This document shows, in pieces, positions 10,578 through 21,544 of a DNA stretch of 64,000 nucleotides (positions are counted from its first letter, which is position 1; the number at the start of each line of letters is the position of its first letter). The stretch is from Basidiobolus meristosporus CBS 931.73 (Eukaryota; Fungi; Basidiobolomycota), in the NCBI GenBank assembly GCA_002104905.1, contig MCFE01000300.1, forward strand, positions 1-64,000, read 5' to 3'. The notes beneath the pieces were generated by a model that was not told the origin of the DNA, searched no databases, and saw nothing but the letters and a program-made list of their open reading frames with translations. A program made the position numbers and the translations under genes.

Positions 10578-13400
10578 TTATTCCGCGTTCTCTAACACGC
10601 GTTTGAACGAGAATGGCTCGAACTGCACTCCGGTTCCTTGGTAGAACTTGCCGTTGAATTCCACCCAATGCAAACGAAGGGCGTGCAAGAACGCCGACAG
10701 CCCCTCCATACAGAGCAGGATACTGACGGTGAGCGAGAACCACACGGCGAAGCCGATCACGATGCTGACGGGAAGCAACGAGGGAGGAAGTGGAAGCATG
10801 AGGGAGGGGGCCAGTGTCATGTCCCAGAGGACCTCGGACAGCTGCGCGTGGGCCAGAGAAAGCGCCCACAAACGCAGGTAGGACGCGGTGTTGGAAATGC
10901 AATTCAGGCAGAACTCGATGGTGTGAATGGCTTGATGGACCATGATGTCAGCGAAGTCATACGCATCATGGCCATCCTTGTCCCCATCGTCGTGGCCGTC
11001 CACATCCCCATCCGACTCTCCATCGTTGCCTTGAACTGGAGCATATCCGGCCTCGACGATCTTGTCATGCTCCCTCTTGAGGATGTATGGCTTGGTGAAG
11101 AGCATCCATGGGACGCAAACAAGCGCGATGAGGAGGAGGGTGAACTGGAGCGGGCCTTGTCCGGGGAAGAGCTGGTCCTTGGGATCGACATTGCCTGGGC
11201 TAAGGAACATGTAGATCAGCATGTTCAAAAGGCTTGGTGGGCTGTTGTGGAGGGGGACGCCATTGGCATCGGTGGCGAACCAATCGATGCTCCATTTGTA
11301 GAGAATGGTGAGGACGAGATATCCGAAAATCGACTCGAGGAAAAGGATCTGGGGGACAAACTCGGCCCAGATGCTGTACTCCTTGTTGAAGTGCTTGTAG
11401 TTGTAGATGGTCAGGATGATGCCCAAGGTCATCTGGCCGATACCGAAGATCACCGACATCTTCATCTTGTACGAGTTGGTGAAGATCAGGAAATTGTCGG
11501 TTCCATGCCAGGCCGGATCAAGCCCGAATGGATACACTCCGACGGAGACCGCCTCGGTAACCTCGTTTGCGATCGGCTCGGGGAACACCCATCCGGATTG
11601 GAAGATGGCCAGGCTCTGAGAGAAGATGTCATTATAGATCAGACCCGTGAACATGGAGAAGAAGCCCATCAGGAGAATCAGGTAGCGTCCACCGTACACC
11701 ATTCCGAACATCTCTCCGCCGTCGAATGCCTTGAGCTTCTTCTCATTGAGGCATAGGTAGAGGCCGAAGCAGGTCATGATCATTCCGTGGCCAAGATCAC
11801 CAAACATGACCGCGAACAAGAACGGGAAAGTGATGATGGTGAACAGGCCGGGGTTGACTTCCTTGTAACGGGCAACGCCGTAAGCATCCACGATGTTTTG
11901 GAAGCCTTCGGTGAACTTGTTGGTACGATGGTAGGTGGGTGGCTCCCTGGTGGTATGGAGCTCAGTGAGGACAGACCCGACATTGCCGCCAGGTTGTGCA
12001 GAGTCGGCCCGCAGGACTTCTTGGATCTCATCAATGGAGATGCTTGGACACCAGCCTTCGGCGATGAGGCATTTTCGGTTGGCGTCGTAGATGAATCTGT
12101 TCATGGTGTCGTAGACAGCCTTCTCTTTCTTGACAATGGTCATCCAGGTGGCCAGGTTCTCGGCGACCTTGGTGAGCTCGGCACGGCGAGTTTGGTTGAT
12201 GTTGTAAAGAACCTACAGGGAGCCAGTTTAGTCTTCATGTCTAACGAATGCTGCGCGGGATCTGCCATTACATTGTTCAGGTCCTCGATTTTGTTGGCCA
12301 CATCGAGGGCACGGGCGCGTCTGTCTTCAGCATTCTCCTCGATGCTGTATAGTGTAGCGCCCATCGACTCGGACACCCTGCGAATCTTGTTGAGGATCTC
12401 TTGGCCGTGGGCGAAGATGATGAAGACGTTCTTCTCCACTCCATCCTCGGTCTCGGGGTCTATCAATGGGTCGTGGATCTCAGCATAATTCATGTAGAGA
12501 TTACCACGAAGTGCTCTCCAAAGGATTCTTTCGAACACGTTGATTTTGCTTCTGGCGATGACACCGGAGATAAATCTGGAGCGAGGGTTATCGATTGTAA
12601 ACGAAAGCCCATGACCACCTAGAAAAGCTTACCCAACGTTAAGATGCTGTAGTTCGCCCGACGGGCCGGTCTCGACATCTCCCTGGAGGAGAGCGGATGA
12701 TTCATCGATCGAATTGCGGCGGATCTGTTCCGCACGATTCTCGTCCTAAACAAGCAAGTTCCAGCCGGACATTAGCGCAACCGCCACATCGGAATTCCCG
12801 GGATTCCCATACCTCGCGGAAGAACTTATTGGTCTGCTCGACGATATGCTTGACCTCCAAGAGCTCGGTTAATCTCTTCTGCAGTGTCTCGTGAGAGCTG
12901 TTCATCTGAAGGACCCGTCCCTCCTGCTGGAAAACCGTCTCCTCCAGATCCACGATCTCCTGTGGCGCCCGAGGTCTGGAGAGGTATTTCCCGGAAGCAG
13001 CGGGCTGAATGGGGAGTTGAAGTTTTTCGCACTGAAGCGACAGAAACCCTAGGACTTGCATCAGTATGAAGCAACAGGCAACACTGGTCATCTAGAAACA
13101 CCTACGTAATTTGCGTTCGATCTCGTCCAACTTCCTGATCTCCTTGACGAAGGCTCTCTGGAAGGTGGTGGTATCGGAGTTCAACTATTCGGAAGAGGGT
13201 GAGTCAAAGGGTTGCTTGGGAGATGGGGAGGAAAGGTCACATACGTCTCTGAATTGTATGGCTCCAAGCTCGCCAAGGCGCGATACAGTTGGCTGGGCTA
13301 CTTCAGCTGGGATGAAGAGCTGCACGAGGGACATATCCTCAGAGCGAAAGAGTGTGGAGGGCGATCTAGGCGCCACTCTACTATAGATCGGCGAAGACAT
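10578..13400 (-). CDS. VPH1: V-ATPase V0 subunit a, copy 2; 5 introns, all in the 5' half, and a 1635-nt uninterrupted last exon
   Basis: Start MSSPIYSRVAPRSPSTLFRSEDM. Introns follow QFRD, ERKL, FFRE, LNVG and DLNN. The last exon (10578-12212) carries the membrane domain with [12 protein letters not shown] (essential Arg) and [18 protein letters not shown]. Confidence 0.96.
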
Positions 13401-13916
13401 TTCTTCGTTGAAAGTCAAAGTGGGTGGTAACGAAAACTAATAGGTCTGTTAAACACGATAGCTAACAACGTTGTCGTTGTCAACCAACAAGTATAGGGGG
13501 GCGATTGATTTAAGCCTCCAAGGGTCAAGGTGGAAAAATGGCACCGACATGGGTCATAGATTCAGGGTCGTCATTTGATTTACGTCTAAATGAACATTAC
13601 GATGAGCATTACGACGGGCATTACATCTTACATTTTCAAATCAGGTTCAATGGTTGTTACGTTTGTGATGGGACTCTGGGAGTGTTTCCCCTCTCCAGCC
13701 AATCATCTGACGCACGGAAATAATGTTACACTGACCAATCTACGAATATTAAATTACTCGCCTGATATGGCCGCAATGCTACATGGTTGTGTACATTCAC
13801 GCTTGGCCAGTGTGCGACCATCCGTAGTTGAAAATCAGCCAATTCCATTACAAAGGTTCTTTATTTGACAACACCATGGTGTTGGTGCCTGTACTGATAT
13901 GGATGATCGAATGGAG

Positions 13917-16900
13917 CTATTCCCTGTCCCCATCAAGGACGCTCTTGAAAGAGAATGGCTCGAAAAGCGTTCCGGTGCCTTCGTAGAATTTGTTGTTGAA
14001 TTCCACCCTAGAGACAGATGCGGAGTTAGTAACGGTTCAACTGGCCTCCCACCAACGAAACCTACCAGTGCAGTCGTAGAGCATGAAGAAACGCGGACAA
14101 TCCTTCCATGATGAGAAGAATGCTGACTGTGAGGGTGAACCAGACACCAAAACCAATGAAAATCCCGAGTGGGAGTAGGCTGGGATTGAGGGTGAAGCAC
14201 AATTCTAGGGTCATACTCCAGAGAACCTCGGAGAGCTCTAGCAAACAAGGCATTAGGTCATGTGACTCTACATATCCTGGGTGAGCGCACACTTACGTGC
14301 ATGGGCCAAGCTGAGTGCCCACAGGCGGAGGTAGGATGCGGTGTTGGATATACATCCAAGACAAAACTCGATCGTGTGGATTACTTGATGGATCACGATA
14401 TCACCGAAATCAAAGTCCTAAGGGGGTTCTTAGCCATTATCCATCAACGGTGATCTCTAGCTGGAACTCACTTACATCATGGCTTTCCGACTCGTCGTTC
14501 AATGGCCCATCATAGCTCTCGCTATCATGATTGTGGGTTCCGACTGTGGTGTAGCCAGCATCGATGATCTTGTCGTGTTCTCTCTTCAAAATGTATGGCT
14601 TGGCACAGAGCATCCAAGGGACGCATACAAAAGCCACCAACAAAAGGAACGCTTGGAAAATACCCTTGGACAATGTCAGCACGCAAAGCGATCCACTCAG
14701 TTATTCCCAAGCATACCTGTCCTGCGAAGAGCTGGTCTTTGGGGTCAACATATCCTGGATTCAAAAACATGTATATCAACATGTTCAGCAGCCCCGGTGG
14801 ACTGTTGTAGAGGGGAGCCCCATGGGAATCAGTGGCGTACCAGTCAACCGACCATTTGTACAAGATGGTGATCACCAAGTATCCAAAGATGCATTCCATG
14901 AAGAGAACCTGGGGTAGGAACTCTGCCCAGATGCTGAATTCCTTCTTGAAATACTTGTAGTTGAACACGGTCAACACGATACCGAACGTCATCTGGTCAA
15001 CCATCAGAGGTTAGCTGCAGGAGCAAGGACAAAGTCGATTGCTGTAGCATTACCTGGATCACACCGAAGATCACCGACATTTTCATCTTGTACGAGTTGG
15101 TGAAAATTAAATAGTTGTCACTTCCATGCCATGCCTAATAGGAGACGTTGAGCCCGGGCCAAGCAACAAAGAGAATGGTTTCAAGAGCGTACCGGATCAA
15201 GGCCAAAGGGATAAACGCCAACCTTGGTGGCCTCAAAAGACTGGCCATCTGGAGCAGGCTTTGAGAATTCCCAGCCAGAGCGAAATAGGACGAGGCTTTT
15301 GGAAAACATGTCGTTGTATATCAATCCCGTGAATATGGAAAAGAATCCCATGAGAAGAATGATATAGCGACCAGAAAACATCATGGCAAAGATCTAGACG
15401 AGGATGATTAGCAATGCCTCAAAGATATACGCGGACAAAGCCCATACCTCCCCACCGCCGGCCTTCTGTAGCTTTCGTTCGTTTATGCACATCCATAGCG
15501 CAAACGCAGTCATGATCAAACCATGGCCAAAGTCTCCAAACATAACAGCAAACAAGAAGGGAAAGGTAATGATGGTAAAAAGGCCAGGGTTCACCTCCTT
15601 GTACTTCGCAACACCGTATGAATCTACGATGCTCTGGAAGCCTTCGGTGAATTTATTCGTTCGATGGAATGTTGGCGGTTCTTTTGTTGTGTGGAGCTCA
15701 GTTAGTATGGAGCTGATGTTGGATCCTGACTGGGCCTATATCAAACTATTAGTACTCCATCGATCTGAACCATTTGACCCAGCATTACCGAATCGCTGCG
15801 GATCACGAACTGGATGCGATCTATCTCATTTGTAGGACACCACCCTTCAGCAATCAAGCATTTCCGGTTCGAGTCGTAGATGAATCGGTTCATCACATCG
15901 TAAATGGCCTTTTCTTTTTTGATAATGGTTAGCCAAGACATCAGGCTGTCAGAGGCAGCGACCAACTCGGTTCGACGGGTTTGATTGATATTGTACAAGA
16001 CCTGCAGGCTGGAAGTAAGCATCGATTGGGGATATGGATGGTGATGGTGGTGACCACTAACATTGTTTAGATCTTCAATCTTGTTGGCCACGTCCATTGC
16101 GTGCGCGCGTCTATCCTCAACATTCTCCTCGATGGGGTACAGAGTAGCGTTCATCGACTCGGAGACTTTCTTGATCTTGGCAAGGATCTCCTGGCCGTGG
16201 GCAAAGATAATGAAGACATTCTTGTCGATATGTTCTTGTGTTTCGGGATCTATGATGGCGTCTTCGATCTCTCCCCAATGCATATACAGGTTCCCACGCA
16301 GCGCCCTCCACAATACCCTCTCAAAGATGTGGATTCTATGTCTTGGGATGACTCCAGCAATGAATCTACGCATAGTGGGGGTGAGACGTGCATTGTGGTC
16401 CAAGATAGGAATCATTGCTTACCCAATATTTACGTGTGTGGCGCCTTCTGGAGCAGCGACTTCTAAATCCTGAAGGAGTGGGGCCGAGTCATCAAAGGAA
16501 CTGCGGCTGATTTCCTCCTGGTGTGCTTCCGCCTACAATTGAATGGGTTAGTGTTTCAATCGAGTCAGCTCGTTCGAGGGGGGGGGGTAGCAACTTACTT
16601 CACGAAAGAAGGTTGTGGCTTGCTGAAGGATGTGTTTGATCTCGGTCATCTCCATCAGTCTCTTTTGTAGCGATTCGTAAGAACTGTTCATTTGAGCCAG
16701 ACGCTGCTCATACTGGTTCACTTTCTCTTCGAGCTCGTCGATTTCACGGGTGGTCTGTGGCCTACTGAAGTATTCCTGAATAGGATAGGCGCGTGGTTTG
16801 ATAAGCAACTTCTCACTTTGCTTTATGAGGGAGACTGAGGAAACTCGTTAGAGGGAGTTGTGTGGGTGGGGGAAGCGTTGAAGAGCATACATATATTCCT

Positions 16901-17183
16901 CTCGATGTCGTCTAATCTTCGGATTTCATTTACAAAGGCGCGCTGGAACGCCGTGGTGTCCGAATTCAACTAGAATCGAGCGTCAGGCTTCGTGGAGAGT
17001 CACAGGCAAATAGGCAACTTCACTTACGTCACGGAACTGGATCACGCCAAGCTCCCCCAAATGTGACACCGTTGGACGAGCAACCTCGGTTGGAATGAAC
17101 AACTGAACTAGCGACATGTCCTCAGAGCGGAAAAGACTAGACGGCGCCCGCCTAGTCGAAGTTGGGAAATAATGATCTTCCAT
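13917..17183 (-). CDS. VPH1: V-ATPase V0 subunit a, copy 3; 13 introns
   Basis: Start [23 protein letters not shown], end [14 protein letters not shown]-stop (13917-13919). It has the same five 5' introns as copy 2 plus eight more (after RSDS, GGGE, GLDP, GVIQ, FAGQ, SHD, AHA, LHW). Catalytic motifs are intact. Confidence 0.95.
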
Positions 17184-17625
17184 GTTTCCCAAGGCAACTT
17201 TCAAAGGATCCTGGGAACTACGGTTGTAAGGTTAAGGGTTGGGAACAAGGTGATAAGGGTGGTGGTACATGGCTTATCAACCATTGAGTAACTATATTCA
17301 AATCAGGGCATGGCATTTACGTGATGGCTATAAATATATCAGTTCATAAACAACAAATAGTCGATCTAAATATCGATATTTATTGACGTGAGTCCTACTG
17401 AATCAAGCATTCAAGGGGTACGGGTGTGGATACAGGTACCGATGGTCCATTACTCCTTCATGCATCATATATTTATATACCACAATTGATTACAAGGGAC
17501 AGCCACAGGCTCTGGAGGGGTGTGTAACAAAAGCATCACTGGAGTGTTAGATTGGAATTAGGAGAGGGTTTAAGAAGGTTATGGCAGCGGTTGGGTAGAT
17601 GTTAGCCTGGACGGATACAAGTTAT

Positions 17626-20600
17626 TTAGCTTTTGTTTAAACTGACAATCTTGCGTGGCGAAGGGCTCTTGGAGCCTTCCACTTTGCGGCCTACTGTAAG
17701 TTTGTGTAGGCTGTTCGGCGAGACCTGCTGTCCAGGTGTGAGACGCCCCGGGGTTATGCGTCCTTGGCGGCTTGGGGTTTGGCGACTGGGTGTGTGGCGG
17801 CCAGCAGTGGGAGTTGGCGTGGTTGTGGCTGACGGAGAGGTGTTCACCGACCAACTGACCGCTCGTCGCTGCTTCGGGGTCTTCAGGTTTAGGTTCAGGT
17901 TGATCCTCTCCCCACCCAACTCGATGACATCACTGTTGAGCTCCGTGTTGTGATCTGGAATACATTGTGAGGACAGATTGACATGACATGACATGGCCAC
18001 GAGACTACTTACCAAGCAGATAGCTTCATTGGGTCGAGACAGACGGATTGTCAATGGGTTAATTCAGTTCCACCAATGATATTAATGCAGGTGCTTACCG
18101 TGACAGTTCACACCACCCGCCACCCACGCGGACCATCACCATCTTGCTCGCCAGGATGCGGCAGTAGCAGAGCGTTTCTCCAATCCAGTATTTGTTCGGA
18201 TCGTTCGCCTTGGATATCTTCACACGCAACGGGCAGTTGTTCACAATGCGCCCGATCTCCGAGTCAAGCTGGTCTTTGGGGTTGAAGGTGTAGCTATTGG
18301 GAGAGACAGGCAGTTCTTTCGGGCTGATGCGCAGTCGGCTGAACCGGCCGCCGGGCGTGGAGATTCGCGAAAGTGATCTACTGGGGGTTCCAGATCGGGA
18401 GTGGGGGGTGGTGGATCTTGAGGGGGTTGACTGCGAGGCTCTTCTCCGGGTCGACACGCTGGCTTTCTTGTAGGCCTCTAGGAGTTCCTTCTTTCTTTTG
18501 GAGAGCAAGCTGCGCAGCTCTTCCCATTGCTCTGGCAAAACGTTCCACCTAGCAATCACCCGCCAGTCATCCAGCTCCATGGCTATGGCATGGGCCTTTT
18601 CTATGGTCTTCACGATGTCGGGAGCGAGCGCTATGAAATTCGTCTCCAAGTGATGCAGTGCAGCATCGTAGCTGAATGATTCGTCATGAGTCGCGTCGTA
18701 AATCTCCAGCATTTTGCCCATCAACTTGTCTACCTCGTCGGCAAGGGCGTGGAACTCCTGGGCCCTGCCTACCTGCTGCCGCTTGCTCCGAACCAATTGA
18801 TTGAGCTCTTCCAGCTTCTTGTAGAGAGTATGCCGGGATGGTTCCATAGATGGATCGATGTCTGCGAAGTCCATCAGCATCTGGGATACTGAATCAATGG
18901 CCGGCTTGATGTTGGCCTCGATATCAGTCTCCGTGGTAGCGAGCTCCTGTTCAGGGTCTATGATTCTACCTATCTCCTCGGGATTTCCCATTTTGCTGAG
19001 CTTGGCTTTGGCCATGTCCAGAGCAGTGAGCGCGCTTCTGTATTCCGCCATGATGTGTTTCTTGTTGCTCAGGAACGTGGTCATGGCATCCCATTCCTTA
19101 TTGGTCTTTTCCTGGAGGCTTGATATTGCCCCCGAAAATGCGCTTACCTCGTCGCTGCTCAAGGTCCCCTCCTCCTTGGTCTCCTGAACCTCCTTTAGAG
19201 TGCTTGCAGTGAGATCGTTAAATCCACGAAGGTCGCTGGCTCGCTTCTCGATCTCCTCGGACTTTCGCTCAATGGAGGCAAGGAAATCTTGGCCCACTTC
19301 GACGCGTATCTCTAGAATATCAGCAATTAGCTCATTTGTTGTGGCTTCAATGCCGGTTGCTGCTTGGATGTGGGCAACAATGCCCTCATAGATATGAAGC
19401 TGCTGGTTTTCCGCGCCAATAGCCGAGTCTAGGCTCTCCAGGATCGAGTCGATGTCCGTACTAGGGATGTCATCGGGTGATATGTTGCTGATCTCTTGCA
19501 TGATCTCTTGTACACTAGACCACTCTTGCTGAAGTTGTCCAAGGACATCAACACTGCCAGAGAGTGACCCGTGACCGTTCTTGATGAGTGTTTTCAGAGA
19601 TCCAAGCTCACTGTCAGGGATGAACTGCTCGCCAAGTGTTTGTCGCCGTTGTTGGATCTTCTCCTTCTCACTGGCAATGGTAAGGCGGATGTTCTCAACG
19701 TCTTTGTCAAACGCGTCTTGAATAGTCTTCGATTTGCCAGCATCGTGAGTGCTGCGGAGCTCCGAGAGGTGATCGAAAAGGGATGATTTTCTGCTAACAA
19801 ATGCCTCATGATTGGGCTCATCTTCAGCTGCTTGTATCCCAATGTCATCCATCTGCTCAAAAAGCAGCAGAGATTGAGCAAGCAGGTCCTCGGTCTCTTG
19901 GATAGCTCGAGGCAGGTCGACTAATGAAAGTGTAGGCGTAAGGCCAATCTTCTCTTCCGCCCGACTTGATTGTTGGGCTATCTCGTCGAGATAGGTGTGA
20001 AGATACAGCCAATGCTCTATGGATTTCAAGCAAGCTTCTTGATCGTGACAGAAATTCACAAATGACCTCCAGCTACTCTCGACATCATCCATATATTCCG
20101 ACACCTCGCCTGATGTTTCCGGTAGTTTGCCAAGTAGTGAATCTCTGTGCTCGAAGATCGCCTCTAAACGGGTTTCGTAGCTCAACAGAGAATCCTGGAG
20201 AGTATGGAATGCGGACTTCATCTTCTCGAAATTCGCTTCGTCCCGAGCTTTCTCTTGACCCCTCATCACCCCGAAGACCTTTTCTGCCTCAAGCATGGTC
20301 TCGATAGCTTGTTTCAACAAACCTTGGAACTGTGAGGCATCGTCGAAGAACGCCCGTTTCATTCTCACTTCGGCTATCTGTTTTAGCTTATCATCTAAAG
20401 TGTTCCTGACAACCTCCACCTTTCGCTCGATCTCATCTTGATTGTCCTTCAAGAGTTTACGGTCGTGCTCAAGATCGCTAACACAGGTGCTCATCTCGCT
20501 AAGGAGATCGGTCAGCACTGCGTTTTCCAGGTTGTCTACGTCGTTCTTCCAGGCGGAGAGTTTTTCGTCTAGGACCTCTTCAGGCTTTGCCTCAGCGATC

Positions 20601-20992
20601 TCGTTCAGATGGGTCTGAGCAAGGGAAGAGAGCTGATGAAAATGGCCCAAAAACATTGCTGAGGAGGCGTTGCTATTTAGCCCTTGGCGGTATTGGGGTA
20701 AAGCATCCTTCAATCTGTTGAGTTGGCCGGGGATCTCCGACTTGTCGAGTGTGTGGTGGTTGGTTTTCAAGGGAACCTCTTGAAAGCGTTCTGCCAACTT
20801 CAGCAGATACTCTCGGGTGTGAGGGCTTCCTCGCAAAGACCCTAAGAATCCGGATAGCTGCGCAATGGCCTCCTCTACCTCACCAGTGGTAGAATCCGTG
20901 CAACGCAAGAGTGGTGTAGGATTGGAAAGCGACCCAGCTTCTGGTTGAGACAATGGGTATGCTTCGGTAGACAAAGTCATGGGTATGGGCAA
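17626..20992 (-). CDS. Helical rod + C-terminal GAS2/GAR-domain protein lacking CH domains (~1077 aa); paralog of the adjacent larger gene
   Basis: Exons 18099-20992, 18013-18023 (11 nt) and 17626-17954 total 3234 nt, in frame. GAR motif: DQLDSEIGRIVNNCPLRVKI...KYWIGETLCYCRILASKMVMVRVGGGWCELSRYLLDH. Confidence 0.85.
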
Positions 20993-21544
20993 AAGGGTGG
21001 GAGGGGGAATTTACAACGGAGTGGGAAAACAATGGGTGGGCAAGAAAGAAGATTCTAAGATTGCCCTAAGGAAAGTTGGCGTTGGCTTCCACGTTTACAA
21101 AAACCAAACAATATTCACCACCTCGATAGATTGTATGTTATTCTAGAAACCTTGGTGTAGAGTTGGGTTCCAGGAATATAGAGGGGCTGAAGGGAGCACG
21201 GAGAGGGAGAGGGAGAGGGATTGGGTGCAGGAGGTGGTGGGAGTCGTATGGATTAGATTGAAAATGAAATATGTGGGTGAAATATGTGGGATCTGTATTG
21301 AATATCGGGAGCTAGCCCAGATATAGAATGGCATTTGGGATGAGCCACTGCACCATGGTTGACAGATTGTGCAGATTACGCATAGCTTTCATCATCATTC
21401 AGCACTGTTGTAGATACAAGCTCGGTTGCAGATATGAGACACAAGCTCAGTTGTGGATATGGGATATATTCTTTTAAATACAAAAGTGAGTGTTTACATT
21501 AATGATACTGGGAATGGGATTCAAGGTGGTTCGTCTATTAAACT

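Noticed and set aside
10638-12488. Long plus-strand ORFs (372 aa and 233 aa) opposite V-ATPase copy 2
   Set aside because: Antisense shadows of a GC3-rich coding strand, with no independent motifs.
13594-13627. Three CATTAC words at 12-bp spacing between copies 2 and 3
   Set aside because: Too short to distinguish from chance; no second occurrence noted.
16003-16060. His-rich stretch [11 protein letters not shown] in the copy 3 ORF
   Set aside because: It lies inside a stop-free intron (GTTAGT..CTGCAG) at the same position as intron 5 of copy 2, so it is not protein.
17220-17270. TAAGGG/TTAAGGG telomere-like words
   Set aside because: Scattered, not tandem; ordinary promoter sequence.
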